DNA of 35,287 nucleotides, taken from assembly GCA_964619725.1 (NCBI GenBank), contig CAZUFC010000092.1, positions 1 to 35,287 of the forward strand, written 5' to 3'. Positions 1 to 8,153 of this stretch are shown piece by piece; within the stretch, counting starts at the first letter, position 1; the number at the start of each line of letters is the position of its first letter. A program made the position numbers and the translations under genes. Under the pieces are notes generated by a model, which saw nothing but the letters and a program-made list of their open reading frames with translations, had not been told where the DNA came from and did no database searches. The DNA is from an uncultured bacterium (GTDB lineage: Bacteria > CSSED10-310 > CAZUFC01).

Positions 1-133
1 TAATTGTGAAGTTTTTTGCCCCCCCTATATCCCCCCGCAGGCGGGGGGACTTTGTATTTACAAGAGTTTTTTCGAACGTCTAAAGTTTTTTTCGTCAAAC
101 ATTTCACAATTTTTTATTAGCGAATGTCAGGAG
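1..133. repeat. Right part of a small palindromic dispersed element (CCCCCCGC-AG-GCGGGGGG hairpin) cut by the window start
   Basis: Hairpin at 30-49 lies inside an inverted repeat, aattgtgaa (2-10) and ttcacaatt (103-111). tgtcaggag (125-133) is the reverse complement of ctcctgaca (35207-35215). Bases 1-16 equal 35272-35287. Confidence 0.55.
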
Positions 134-143
134 ATGTGAAATT

Positions 144-389
144 GGCGCTGATCAAAAATGGCCATGTCAGTGTTACAATTTCTCAGTTTGAATCCTCCGC
201 TCTCGTGCTCAGTGCAGCGGTAATCGTAATCGAACCATTGGTCTGATCTGTACAGTCGTTTGAAAGCAAAGCAGGGCTATTATTTGAATCGATCGATTAC
301 GATTACGGGCACGAGCGCCGCTCCGCTGAGCGCGATAGTTCTGGTTGATTATCGAGATCACAATTTGTAACCCCTGTTTGATCAGTCCC
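144..389 (-). mobile_element. MITE-like element, interior type 1 (gattac/gtaatc hairpin interior)
   Basis: Imperfect terminal inverted repeats ggcgctgatcaaa and tttgatcagtccc. The interior is a close reverse-complement match to 27265-27488 and a partial match to 28580-28686. No transposase is encoded. Confidence 0.7.
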
Positions 390-500
390 GAAAAATTTTT
401 CCAAATGTAGCACATAGGCAGCATCAGACTTTTGCGACCATTAAGAGGCGCAACCGTTTCCTTTTTGTTATCCATTCACTATCAATAAATTAATTCAATA

Positions 501-545
501 CAGCCGGAAGGACTTGAACCTTATACCTCATGATCCACAGTAAGC
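501..545 (-). pseudogene. Degenerate tRNA 3'-half remnant (tRNA-His-like, GTG loop)
   Basis: Minus strand reads ...ttactGTGgatcatgaggtataaGGTTCAAGTCCttccggctg: a T-arm (aagg/cctt around TTCAAGT) and a CT-GTG-GA loop. There is no D-arm or acceptor-stem partner. Confidence 0.35.
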
Positions 546-639
546 GAAGAAAAATTCCCGGAAAAAACAAATCCATCCCCAGTGCGACGGCGATAATTTT
601 CAATCAACTAAAAATCCTGTAACTCGTAGAATATACTAA

Positions 640-713
640 TGCGCCCAGCAGGATTCGAACCTGCGGCCTTCGGATTCGTAGTCCGACGCTCTATCCAGCT
701 GAGCTATGGGCGC
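640..713 (-). tRNA. tRNA-Arg (ACG)
   Basis: Minus strand gcgcccatagctcagctggatagagcgtcggactACGaatccgaaggccgcaggttcgaatcctgctgggcgca forms a canonical cloverleaf. CCA is not encoded. Confidence 0.97.
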
Positions 714-735
714 TTGTTTTTTTGAGGCGGGTAAC

Positions 736-828
<93 letters not shown>

Positions 829-898
829 GCTTGTTATATTTTTATTCTGTTATCAAGGTCATGATGAAGCCTTTTCCGGCTTCTTCCTGTCCTTTTTA

Positions 899-981
899 CG
901 GAGGGAGTAGGATTCGAACCCACGGTCCTTTCGGACTCCGGTTTTCAAGACCGGCGCCTTAAGCCACTCGGCCATCCCTCC
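899..981 (-). tRNA. tRNA-Ser (TGA)
   Basis: Minus strand ggagggatggccgagtggcttaaggcgccggtctTGAaaaccggagtccgaaaggaccgtgggttcgaatcctactccctccg, with variable-arm hairpin gtcc-gaaa-ggac. CCA is not encoded. Confidence 0.97.
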
Positions 982-993
982 AAGTCCTCGTTA

Positions 994-1021
994 ATCATAA
1001 TGCATTTCGGTAGGATTTCAA
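994..1021 (-). promoter_or_regulatory. Putative sigma70 promoter of the tRNA cluster
   Basis: Minus strand TTGAAA-16 nt-TATGAT just upstream of tRNA-Ser(TGA), with an A/T tract (UP-element-like) at 1029-1039. Confidence 0.55.
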
Positions 1022-1044
1022 GCCTTTAATAAAAAAAAAGTGAT

Positions 1045-1178
1045 ATTTTGTTTTCGATTGCGATACCAGAGCCGATTACCGGAACAGACTGCCGGATCAA
1101 AAATAGGACGCTGAGTCTGTTTTGGACAATGATCAGTTTTGCTTCGGGAGATTCTTTGATCCCTGCCTGATCAGTCCC
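1045..1178 (-). repeat. Degenerate remnant of the MITE-like element (interior type 2)
   Basis: tttcgattgcgatacc...gccgattaccggaacagac resembles the reverse complement of 28366-28544, and the stretch ends in ctgatcagtccc. Confidence 0.45.
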
Positions 1179-1190
1179 GGCTTCTTTCGC

Positions 1191-2462
1191 TCACGGAAAT
1201 TCAACCGCTCCGCCCAGGTAGGGTTTCAACGATTCCGGAATTCTTATTTTGCCCTCTTTCGTCTGGCCGTTCTCCATCAGGGCGGCCATGGTTCTGCCCA
1301 GGGGCAGCGCCGGGGAGGTCAGTACGTGAACGTATTCGGGTTTATCAAAAGGCTGGTTTTTAAACTTCACTTCCGCCCTGCGGGATAAGAAGTCCTCCGT
1401 GTTGCAGCAAACCGCAATCTCCTTGTATTTGTCCAGGCTGGGTATCCAGGCTTCTATGCAGAATGCCTTGGCTGCAGTCAATTTCAGTTCCGGCGCGCAT
1501 AATTCCAATACCCGGTACGGCACTCTTAATAACTCCAGGATATGTTCCACCTCATTCACCATGACGTCCAGCTCATCATACGAAGTTTCCGGAGAAACCA
1601 GTTTCAGAAGATCGATCTGGTCGAACTGGCGGGTTCTTATCAATCCCCTGTTTTCCTTGCCGTATGAACGAAACTGCCTTCTGAAGCACGGCGCGTAGGC
1701 AGCGTATTTCAACGGCAGGTCCCTGTCGTCCAGTATGCGTCCCGCATTCAGGTTCAATAAACCCACTTCCGCACCGGGCACCAGGATATGACGTGAATCC
1801 CTGCACGCAAAAAGCTCATCCGAAAGAAACGGCAACCATCCCGCATTCTTTATCGCCTCGCTCTTGACCAAAAGCGGCGTATCCGCCTCCTTATACCCAT
1901 GCATGCCGGTATGCACGTCCATCATGAAATTCATTAACGACCGCTTTAATCTTGCCCCGTTTCCCTGGAAAACCACGAAATGAGCTCCCGACATCTCGGC
2001 AGCGCTCTCAAAATCAAAAAAATCCAGCGCCTCACCAAGCTCCCAATGCGATCTTACTGGAAAATCAAACTCCGGCCTGCTTCCCCACTCCTTCACAAGA
2101 TCGTTCTTTATATCCGGCGGACCCGCCGGCACTGTATGATGATGAATGTTCGGCAAATCCAGCAGTATCTCGTTTATCCTCTCGTCAAGCCGCTTTAAAT
2201 CCTCCTCCAGCCCCTTGATCTTCGCTGACGCGTCCCGCACTTTTTCCCTTAAATTCGGCGCATCCTCGCTTTTCATCACAATCTCACCCACTCGATCCGA
2301 TATCCTGTTCCGGTAACTCCTCAACTCTTCTACCTGCTGAAGCACCTTCTTCCTCTCCGCATCCAACTGAATGAATTCATCAAGATCAAGCTTCCGTTTT
2401 CTCTCCTTCAACTTCTTCTTGATCGCCTCTATGTTCTCCTTGACGAACCTGGGACTGAACAT
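1191..2462 (-). CDS. serS: Seryl-tRNA synthetase homolog with remodelled/degenerate serine-binding pocket
   Basis: 423 aa colinear with bacterial SerRS: N-terminal coiled-coil arm, LPN..H..VP, PCFR, GLIR.QFD, GRT.AAL.EN.Q..G.I.IPE.L.PY. The TAE, KVE, EISSCSN and TLNGSGLA motifs read GAE, QID, EIAVCCN and VLTSPALP. Confidence 0.9.
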   Translation of the reverse strand: MFSPRFVKENIEAIKKKLKERKRKLDLDEFIQLDAERKKVLQQVEELRSYRNRISDRVGEIVMKSEDAPNLREKVRDASAKIKGLEEDLKRLDERINEILLDLPNIHHHTVPAGPPDIKNDLVKEWGSRPEFDFPVRSHWELGEALDFFDFESAAEMSGAHFVVFQGNGARLKRSLMNFMMDVHTGMHGYKEADTPLLVKSEAIKNAGWLPFLSDELFACRDSRHILVPGAEVGLLNLNAGRILDDRDLPLKYAAYAPCFRRQFRSYGKENRGLIRTRQFDQIDLLKLVSPETSYDELDVMVNEVEHILELLRVPYRVLELCAPELKLTAAKAFCIEAWIPSLDKYKEIAVCCNTEDFLSRRAEVKFKNQPFDKPEYVHVLTSPALPLGRTMAALMENGQTKEGKIRIPESLKPYLGGAVEFP

Positions 2463-2644
2463 ACAAGCCGCCCTCCTCTTTCAGGGTTGATTCTCAATCG
2501 TTACATTAGCGCTCCTGATCATTCAAGGCAAGTCTTGTTGAATCTGCCGCATGTTCTGCGTTGCTGCCGCATGTGATCACACCGGCAGGCGCCGGGACAG
2601 TAAAAATAAAACGACACGATAACCATAAATTTTTACAAAAAAAT

Positions 2645-2673
2645 TTGAATACGGGAAAAGAGGGCGCTATAAT
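2645..2673 (+). promoter_or_regulatory. Putative sigma70 promoter
   Basis: TTGAAT-17 nt-TATAAT, ending 77 nt upstream of the ATG at 2751. Confidence 0.6.
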
Positions 2674-2750
2674 GGTTATGAAGTTACCGCCTGGGGAATG
2701 GTGGCGATAGAGAAGCGAGCGAATAGACATTTATCGGTTGCAGCGGGGGC

Positions 2751-3872
2751 ATGTTTGATATGGAAAAAGATGGAGAATGGTCCGTTGGAAAGCTGAAAGA
2801 GGGTGAGATATTCTGGAGTCCTGACATAGGGGGACTGCTGGATCATGAATTGAAGCCCGGTTGGACTGGTGTAACGACATCATGCGATGCGACGAAGAAT
2901 TATATCAACGACTTTTTTATCAGAGCGTCATATTTAAGGAGCGGAACGTTAGAGGAGGCGGGAAAGAGTGAACTCACGTACAGGGATACGATATATTCGA
3001 GGCCGTTGAAGTTGTGTAACATAACGGTAAGAGACGAGGAGACGGAATCCGACTGGTTATCTGTGGACGGACGGAGTTTCATTGAGGTCAGAATGGATGA
3101 ATTGCTGGCAGAAACAGTTCCGAAGGCGCTGATAAATTTACCGGGATTCCGGGAGTACAAGGGTTTTTCTCATACGCGAATAATCTACAAATCGAGTTGC
3201 GGCGTCTTCCGAATATCGATCATAAAGGAAAGGCATAAGACATTGCTGGAGATAGAGGATTGGACGGGTTGTTATTTTGACGGGATGACGGCGATGTCGA
3301 ACATACCGTTTTATTTGCCGTATTTGATCGAGCCGGGAGACCAGAATATTTTTCATACGATAAAGTTAAAGGGGCATGTGCCCGTGCAGAAGTATTTCGG
3401 GGACATGCTGCTTGAAGCTTACGAGAATAAGGGTTACAAGCTTGTTTTCATCCCGACGTCTCATCAGTATTTAGCTTATTATTGCATGAAAGAGGCCACA
3501 TTTTCAGGCGACTGGCGATCCGACAAGACCGATACGCAGACCTTTACGGATTACAAACTGTTCATACATCCTTGCCGTCTGTCGGCGGGCGAGGAGATAA
3601 AGCTGTATGTATTTTCTGCTCCGCAGACTTACAAGCTTGAATCAGGGGCTTCCTGGACATTGATGCGTGATATTCCCCAGAAGAACCAGAAGCCGCTAAC
3701 GGTATTCCTTCGAAACCTTTTCGCCTGCATGCCGTTCAAGGATGAATTCCTGAATCAGAAGCAGATAGTATTCGTATACAGGGGAAGAAACATAGTAACG
3801 GCAATGGGAATGGCTGATACTCTTTACGGGACGTTCATAGCGGTATCGTTTCCCGATATGGGCGAGATATAG
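2751..3872 (+). CDS. Hypothetical protein (373 aa, no recognised family)
   Basis: Long ORF with a near-consensus promoter upstream and protein-like composition. No motif recognised. Confidence 0.75.
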   Translation: MFDMEKDGEWSVGKLKEGEIFWSPDIGGLLDHELKPGWTGVTTSCDATKNYINDFFIRASYLRSGTLEEAGKSELTYRDTIYSRPLKLCNITVRDEETESDWLSVDGRSFIEVRMDELLAETVPKALINLPGFREYKGFSHTRIIYKSSCGVFRISIIKERHKTLLEIEDWTGCYFDGMTAMSNIPFYLPYLIEPGDQNIFHTIKLKGHVPVQKYFGDMLLEAYENKGYKLVFIPTSHQYLAYYCMKEATFSGDWRSDKTDTQTFTDYKLFIHPCRLSAGEEIKLYVFSAPQTYKLESGASWTLMRDIPQKNQKPLTVFLRNLFACMPFKDEFLNQKQIVFVYRGRNIVTAMGMADTLYGTFIAVSFPDMGEI

Positions 3873-3976
3873 AGCTGAAATGGATCTCAACCGCTTCGCA
3901 GGCGAGGAAAAGGAGTTCTTTCCGGCGAAGATGAGGCTGGAGCAGATTATGAGGAAAACCTGGAGACGTACGAGCA

Positions 3977-5134
3977 ATGAAAAATTTTGAAGGAATAGAG
4001 TATCTAATATGGGCGAAAGCTGCGGATGAAAAGGCGCTGGGAAGGCAAGGGAGATACAATCTTCACGGGAGTTATATTGAGTATCCGGCGGAGTTGCTTC
4101 TGGAGGATATACGGCATCGTTATTTCGACGAATTGATGTCGTTGATCCGGGCATCGAATCCGTGGGGGCATCCGGAGTTGATCAAATCGATCAAATCCTG
4201 TTACGGCGTTTCAGAGAGGGAGATTCTGACGACGCAGGGAGCATCATCGGCCATTTTTCTGGTCTGCATGTCGTTTCTTTCTCCCGGTGATCATGCTATC
4301 GTCGAAAAACCCGTGTATGAACCTTTATATGCGGCGCCTGTTTATGCCGGGGCTGAAACGGATTTCATCCAGCGCAGACCGGACGATTACGGGATTGACC
4401 CGGATGAGCTGCGAAGGCTGATGAAGCGTGAGACCAGGCTTATCGTCCTGACGAACATGCATAATCCGAGCGGAAGAATGTTGAGCGATGAAAGGTTGCT
4501 GGAGCTTTCGGAGGCGGTGCGCGAGCAGAACGGCGACATAAGGATACTGGTTGATGAGGTATATCATGATTATGCGATGGAGCTGCAGAAACCTTCGGCG
4601 CTGCTGGATGGGCCGTTCATTTCGATAAACAGTTTTTCGAAAGTTTACGGATTGAGCGATTTACGTTGCGGCTGGATCATCGCCGGGCATGAAGATATCG
4701 AGAAGTTCAGCCGGCTGCAGGTCCTGGCATCCAATATAGGCTCGCAGTTGAATGAATCCCTGGCCGTAATCGTGCTTCGCAATCAGAAGCGCTATCTTCA
4801 ATATGCCGGGGATCGTCTTGCGACGAACAGACGAATCCTGCAGGAAGCGATCTCTCCCCTGGCTGATGAAGGTCTTATAGAAGGAAGCATCCCCGAGCAC
4901 GGCTGCATTTATTTTCCCAAGCTTTGCGGCATTGGAGATACGCATGAATTCGCGGCCCGCCTGGCTGCCGAACGGGGCGTATATGTCGTTCCCGGCCGGT
5001 ATTTCCAACAGCCTGACGGCATCAGAATAGGTTTCGGAGGCAATCCGGAAAAATTGAAAACAGGCCTGAGTCTTCTGTCTGAGGCATTAAGAGAATCGCC
5101 ACGGTTTGAAGAAGCGTTGCCTCAATCTGATTAA
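3977..5134 (+). CDS. PLP-dependent aminotransferase, class I/II
   Basis: Motifs TQGASSAI, NMHNPSG, VDEVY and SFSKVYGL.DLRCGW (PLP lysine), plus the C-terminal IRIGFG arginine. RBS ggag lies upstream. Confidence 0.93.
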   Translation: MKNFEGIEYLIWAKAADEKALGRQGRYNLHGSYIEYPAELLLEDIRHRYFDELMSLIRASNPWGHPELIKSIKSCYGVSEREILTTQGASSAIFLVCMSFLSPGDHAIVEKPVYEPLYAAPVYAGAETDFIQRRPDDYGIDPDELRRLMKRETRLIVLTNMHNPSGRMLSDERLLELSEAVREQNGDIRILVDEVYHDYAMELQKPSALLDGPFISINSFSKVYGLSDLRCGWIIAGHEDIEKFSRLQVLASNIGSQLNESLAVIVLRNQKRYLQYAGDRLATNRRILQEAISPLADEGLIEGSIPEHGCIYFPKLCGIGDTHEFAARLAAERGVYVVPGRYFQQPDGIRIGFGGNPEKLKTGLSLLSEALRESPRFEEALPQSD

Positions 5135-5174
5135 TCCTAATACTTCAATCAATAAATCAATTTCCGGCCAGTCG

Positions 5175-7130
5175 TCAATTTACGATAATTTTTATTCCGG
5201 CTCCTGCGGTTCCGACGAGTATTCTATCCGGGTCATCGGGGTCGACGGCCAGAGCTTTAATGAACTGGTCTTCGAATTGATCGGAAACCAGCTCGAAGTT
5301 ATCTCCTTTATTCCGTGAAACGAAGATGCCTGCATTCTGGACAGCAGCGTAAAGACGCGATCCGTCCTGCGAAAAAGCCAATCGGAAGGGCGTGGAGCCT
5401 GTTAAGCCTGTAATGCATTTTTCCCAGTCATCGCCGGCGTTCCAGCTTCTGAAAACTCCACTTTCTGCAGCCAGGAAGACCAGATTAGCCGTTTGAGGAT
5501 GAAATTTGATCTCAAAGACGGGTTTATAAGCGCATGTTCCCGGTAATGCAATTTTGTTCCAGCTTTCGCCGTAATCCGTGCTTCGATACAACTCTGAGCA
5601 GTATGTACCGTAAAGGATGTTAGAGCTGTCTGACGGATTGACGGCGATGTATGAGCAGGCTTTTTCGGGCGAAGAGGCCATGTGCTGCCAGGTTTCGCCT
5701 TTGTCTGAGGTTTGAAAGAGGCCGTCGCTGAAGCCTGCGGCGTATCCGTAGCCGGGATACTCAAGCTGCATGAAAAAATCCCGTATGTTGTACCAGCCGC
5801 ATCCGCCCTGGAGTGTTGCGGTGCGCCATGAATCGCCCAGGTTATCCGAGATGACCACGCCGTCTCCTTTGGGCGAAGCGAATAAGCGTGAGCCGTCTGA
5901 ACTGAATTCGACAGCCACGACGTCAATGCGTCTGCGGTCGATGCCGTAAACCGCCGGCGTCCAGGTAATTCCTTTATCGTCTGAAATATAAACGCCCCCG
6001 CCGGTCAGCGCGGCAACTGCTATATCGGAATTAACGGGATGGAAACAGATGTCGTTGACACAACCGGCCGGTATGTCCACTTTAAGGAAAAGACCGGTTT
6101 GAGGGTCCCGACTGTAAAGCCCGTCATCCGTTCCGGCCAGGACTACGCCGTTTCGCGATAGAACCGAGTGAACCCGGAGCGAGAGTATGCCGGGGCTATT
6201 CTTGGAAAAAGTCTCTCCCCCGTTTGTGCTGGCGTATAAACCGCCGTAAAGCGTGGCCACATAGCATTTTTCCGGGTCCTCATCGTCGTAATCGGCAGAC
6301 GAAAGGACAGCCCAATCATCCCCATACGTCCAGGAAGAGCCTCCGTCAACGCTTAAATAGGTCCTGACGCTGTTTATCAGCCACTGCCGGTATTCGTCAT
6401 GCGCCAGTACCAGAATACGATCGGGATCAACCGGCGAAGAGGTAATGTCGCGGATATAATTCAAGCCCACAGCGTCGACATGCCGCCAGGTTATTCCTCC
6501 GTTGCCGGAAACATAAAGTCCGTCGCCTTTCGTGCCGATGAAAATTTTACTTCCCGTCGCCCCCGCCGTTTCAATACAATTGACGATCGTACCCCGGGGA
6601 CTCAGATTCGACGTCAAATTGGTCCAGGATTCGCCAAGATTCTCACTCGCCAATAATCCGTAATGACCTCCGATGTAAAGCTTTTCCGTACCCGACTTAC
6701 TGAAACAGACGTCATAGGTGATCTGACGGTTGATCATCCGCCATTCGTCGTCCTGCCTGACGGCAGCGCCCTTATCGCCGACGACGACTAATGTCCCCTG
6801 TTCCGAACATGCCATAGCATAAATGGTTGCGCCCACGGGAGACTCGCTTAGCTTCTCCCATTCCTCGCCGTCTTCAGACATGAAAATGCCCTGGCCCTGG
6901 AAACCCGCATAAAAGCGCACCGTATCCAAAGAATCAGAGGTCAAAGCCGTTATCTTGCCCGAATACAACATTGCTTCCGTTTCCTGCGCCGCAGACGTCT
7001 CAGCCCAGACCGACCACATCATCAGCCCGTAAATCAGACATACGGCATAACGGAACGTCCTGCTCTTCGGTCCGTTAAAAAATTCGCAAACTATACTGTT
7101 AGAACTTCTATTGCTGTTTTTTGTTGTCAT
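5175..7130 (-). CDS. Secreted Asp-box/BNR repeat beta-propeller protein (YCF48/VPS10-like)
   Basis: About a dozen S.D.G..W repeats (SEDGEEW, SENLGESW, SVDGGSSW, SDDKGITW, STDYGESW and others). Hydrophobic signal-like N-terminal segment ending VWA; the exact start is uncertain. Confidence 0.88.
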   Translation of the reverse strand: MTTKNSNRSSNSIVCEFFNGPKSRTFRYAVCLIYGLMMWSVWAETSAAQETEAMLYSGKITALTSDSLDTVRFYAGFQGQGIFMSEDGEEWEKLSESPVGATIYAMACSEQGTLVVVGDKGAAVRQDDEWRMINRQITYDVCFSKSGTEKLYIGGHYGLLASENLGESWTNLTSNLSPRGTIVNCIETAGATGSKIFIGTKGDGLYVSGNGGITWRHVDAVGLNYIRDITSSPVDPDRILVLAHDEYRQWLINSVRTYLSVDGGSSWTYGDDWAVLSSADYDDEDPEKCYVATLYGGLYASTNGGETFSKNSPGILSLRVHSVLSRNGVVLAGTDDGLYSRDPQTGLFLKVDIPAGCVNDICFHPVNSDIAVAALTGGGVYISDDKGITWTPAVYGIDRRRIDVVAVEFSSDGSRLFASPKGDGVVISDNLGDSWRTATLQGGCGWYNIRDFFMQLEYPGYGYAAGFSDGLFQTSDKGETWQHMASSPEKACSYIAVNPSDSSNILYGTYCSELYRSTDYGESWNKIALPGTCAYKPVFEIKFHPQTANLVFLAAESGVFRSWNAGDDWEKCITGLTGSTPFRLAFSQDGSRLYAAVQNAGIFVSRNKGDNFELVSDQFEDQFIKALAVDPDDPDRILVGTAGAGIKIIVN

Positions 7131-7178
7131 GTACCCTACCCTTATGTACCCTACACTTTAAGGGATTTTCCCTAATCC

Positions 7179-7207
7179 TTTATAACTGAAAAAAAAGTCG
7201 TTGTCAA
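7179..7207 (-). promoter_or_regulatory. Putative sigma70 promoter of the BNR gene
   Basis: Minus strand TTGACA-17 nt-TATAAA, about 50 nt upstream of ATG 7130. Confidence 0.55.
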
Positions 7208-7248
7208 AAATGGATTGCAGATGCTGATCGGCTGACGGCAGATGTATC

Positions 7249-8026
7249 GGTTGATGTTTAAAGTACAACATACAGGGGATGCGCCATGACCATAAGCCTT
7301 GCCTCGTCAGCATATGGAGCGGCATAAAGTTGTACGGAACGCGGCAGGATGCCGCGTCTACTTTCGAAAAAAATCTAAAGATTCACGCCGAAAAACGGCA
7401 TCAAAGAACGAAGGAAAGCAGAATCGGCATCCTGCCGCTTTCAAGCCAGGTTTCTGACCACCCTGAACGGCAAAAGGCGAAATAAAACTCAACGAAATGC
7501 CGAAGTTATCCCCCGCAAACATACGGCATTCAGAAACCAGGCTTTCAGGATCAAGGTTGATGTTAAAAGGAAGGCATACTGGGCTTGCATTATGACCATA
7601 AGCCTTGCCTTTTCAGCATATGCAGCGGCATAAAGTTGTACGGAACGCGGCAGGATGCCGCGTCTACGTTCGAAAAAAATCTACAGATCCACGCCGAAAA
7701 ACGAAATCAAAAAACAAAGGAAAGCAGAAGCGGCATCCTGCCGCTTTCAAGCCAGGTTTCTGACCACCCTGAACGGCAAAAGGCGAAATAAAACTCAACG
7801 AAATGCCGAAGTTATCCCCCGCAAACATACGGCATTCAGAAACCAGGCTTTCAGGATCAAGGTTGATGTTAAAAGGAAGGCATACTGGGCTTGCATTATG
7901 ACCATAAGCCTTGCCTTTTCAGCATATGCAGCGGCATAAAGTTGTACGGAACGCGGCAGGATGCCGCGTCTACTTTTCGAAAAAAAATCTATACGGTCAT
8001 GCCGAAAAACGTCATCAAAGAACGAA
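7249..8026. repeat. Tandem repeat of about 2.5 x 306 bp with five alternately oriented GTAG-type REP hairpins (BIME/REPIN-like)
   Basis: Units start (ggttgatgtt) at 7249, 7555 and 7861. REP acgcggcaggatgccgcgtctac (reverse complement GTAG-acgcggcatcctgccgcgt) at 7339, 7645 and 7951. Opposite-orientation gcagaa(t/g)cggcatcctgccgctt at 7418 and 7724. Confidence 0.88.
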
Positions 8027-8153
8027 CGCAGTAAATCTCATCTTCTAGTTTTCCGATGACTTTGATCATTTTGACAACACTCGTCAATACCAATTCTTCT
8101 CTCATGATCCGAATGATTCGCGTAATTCGCGATTAAAAAACATACGATATTCT

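Noticed and set aside
2463-2750. T-box leader upstream of the serS-like gene
   Set aside because: No UGGNACC T-box or antiterminator/terminator pair is visible on the minus strand.
7129-7154. Direct repeat atgtaccctac x2 at the BNR gene start
   Set aside because: A single 11-nt duplication with no other support for a function.
7249-8026. CRISPR array, or small repeated ORFs (7279-7485, 7585-7791, 7655-7939)
   Set aside because: The period is 306 bp, the spacers repeat rather than being unique, and no cas genes are present. The ORFs are by-products of the repeat.
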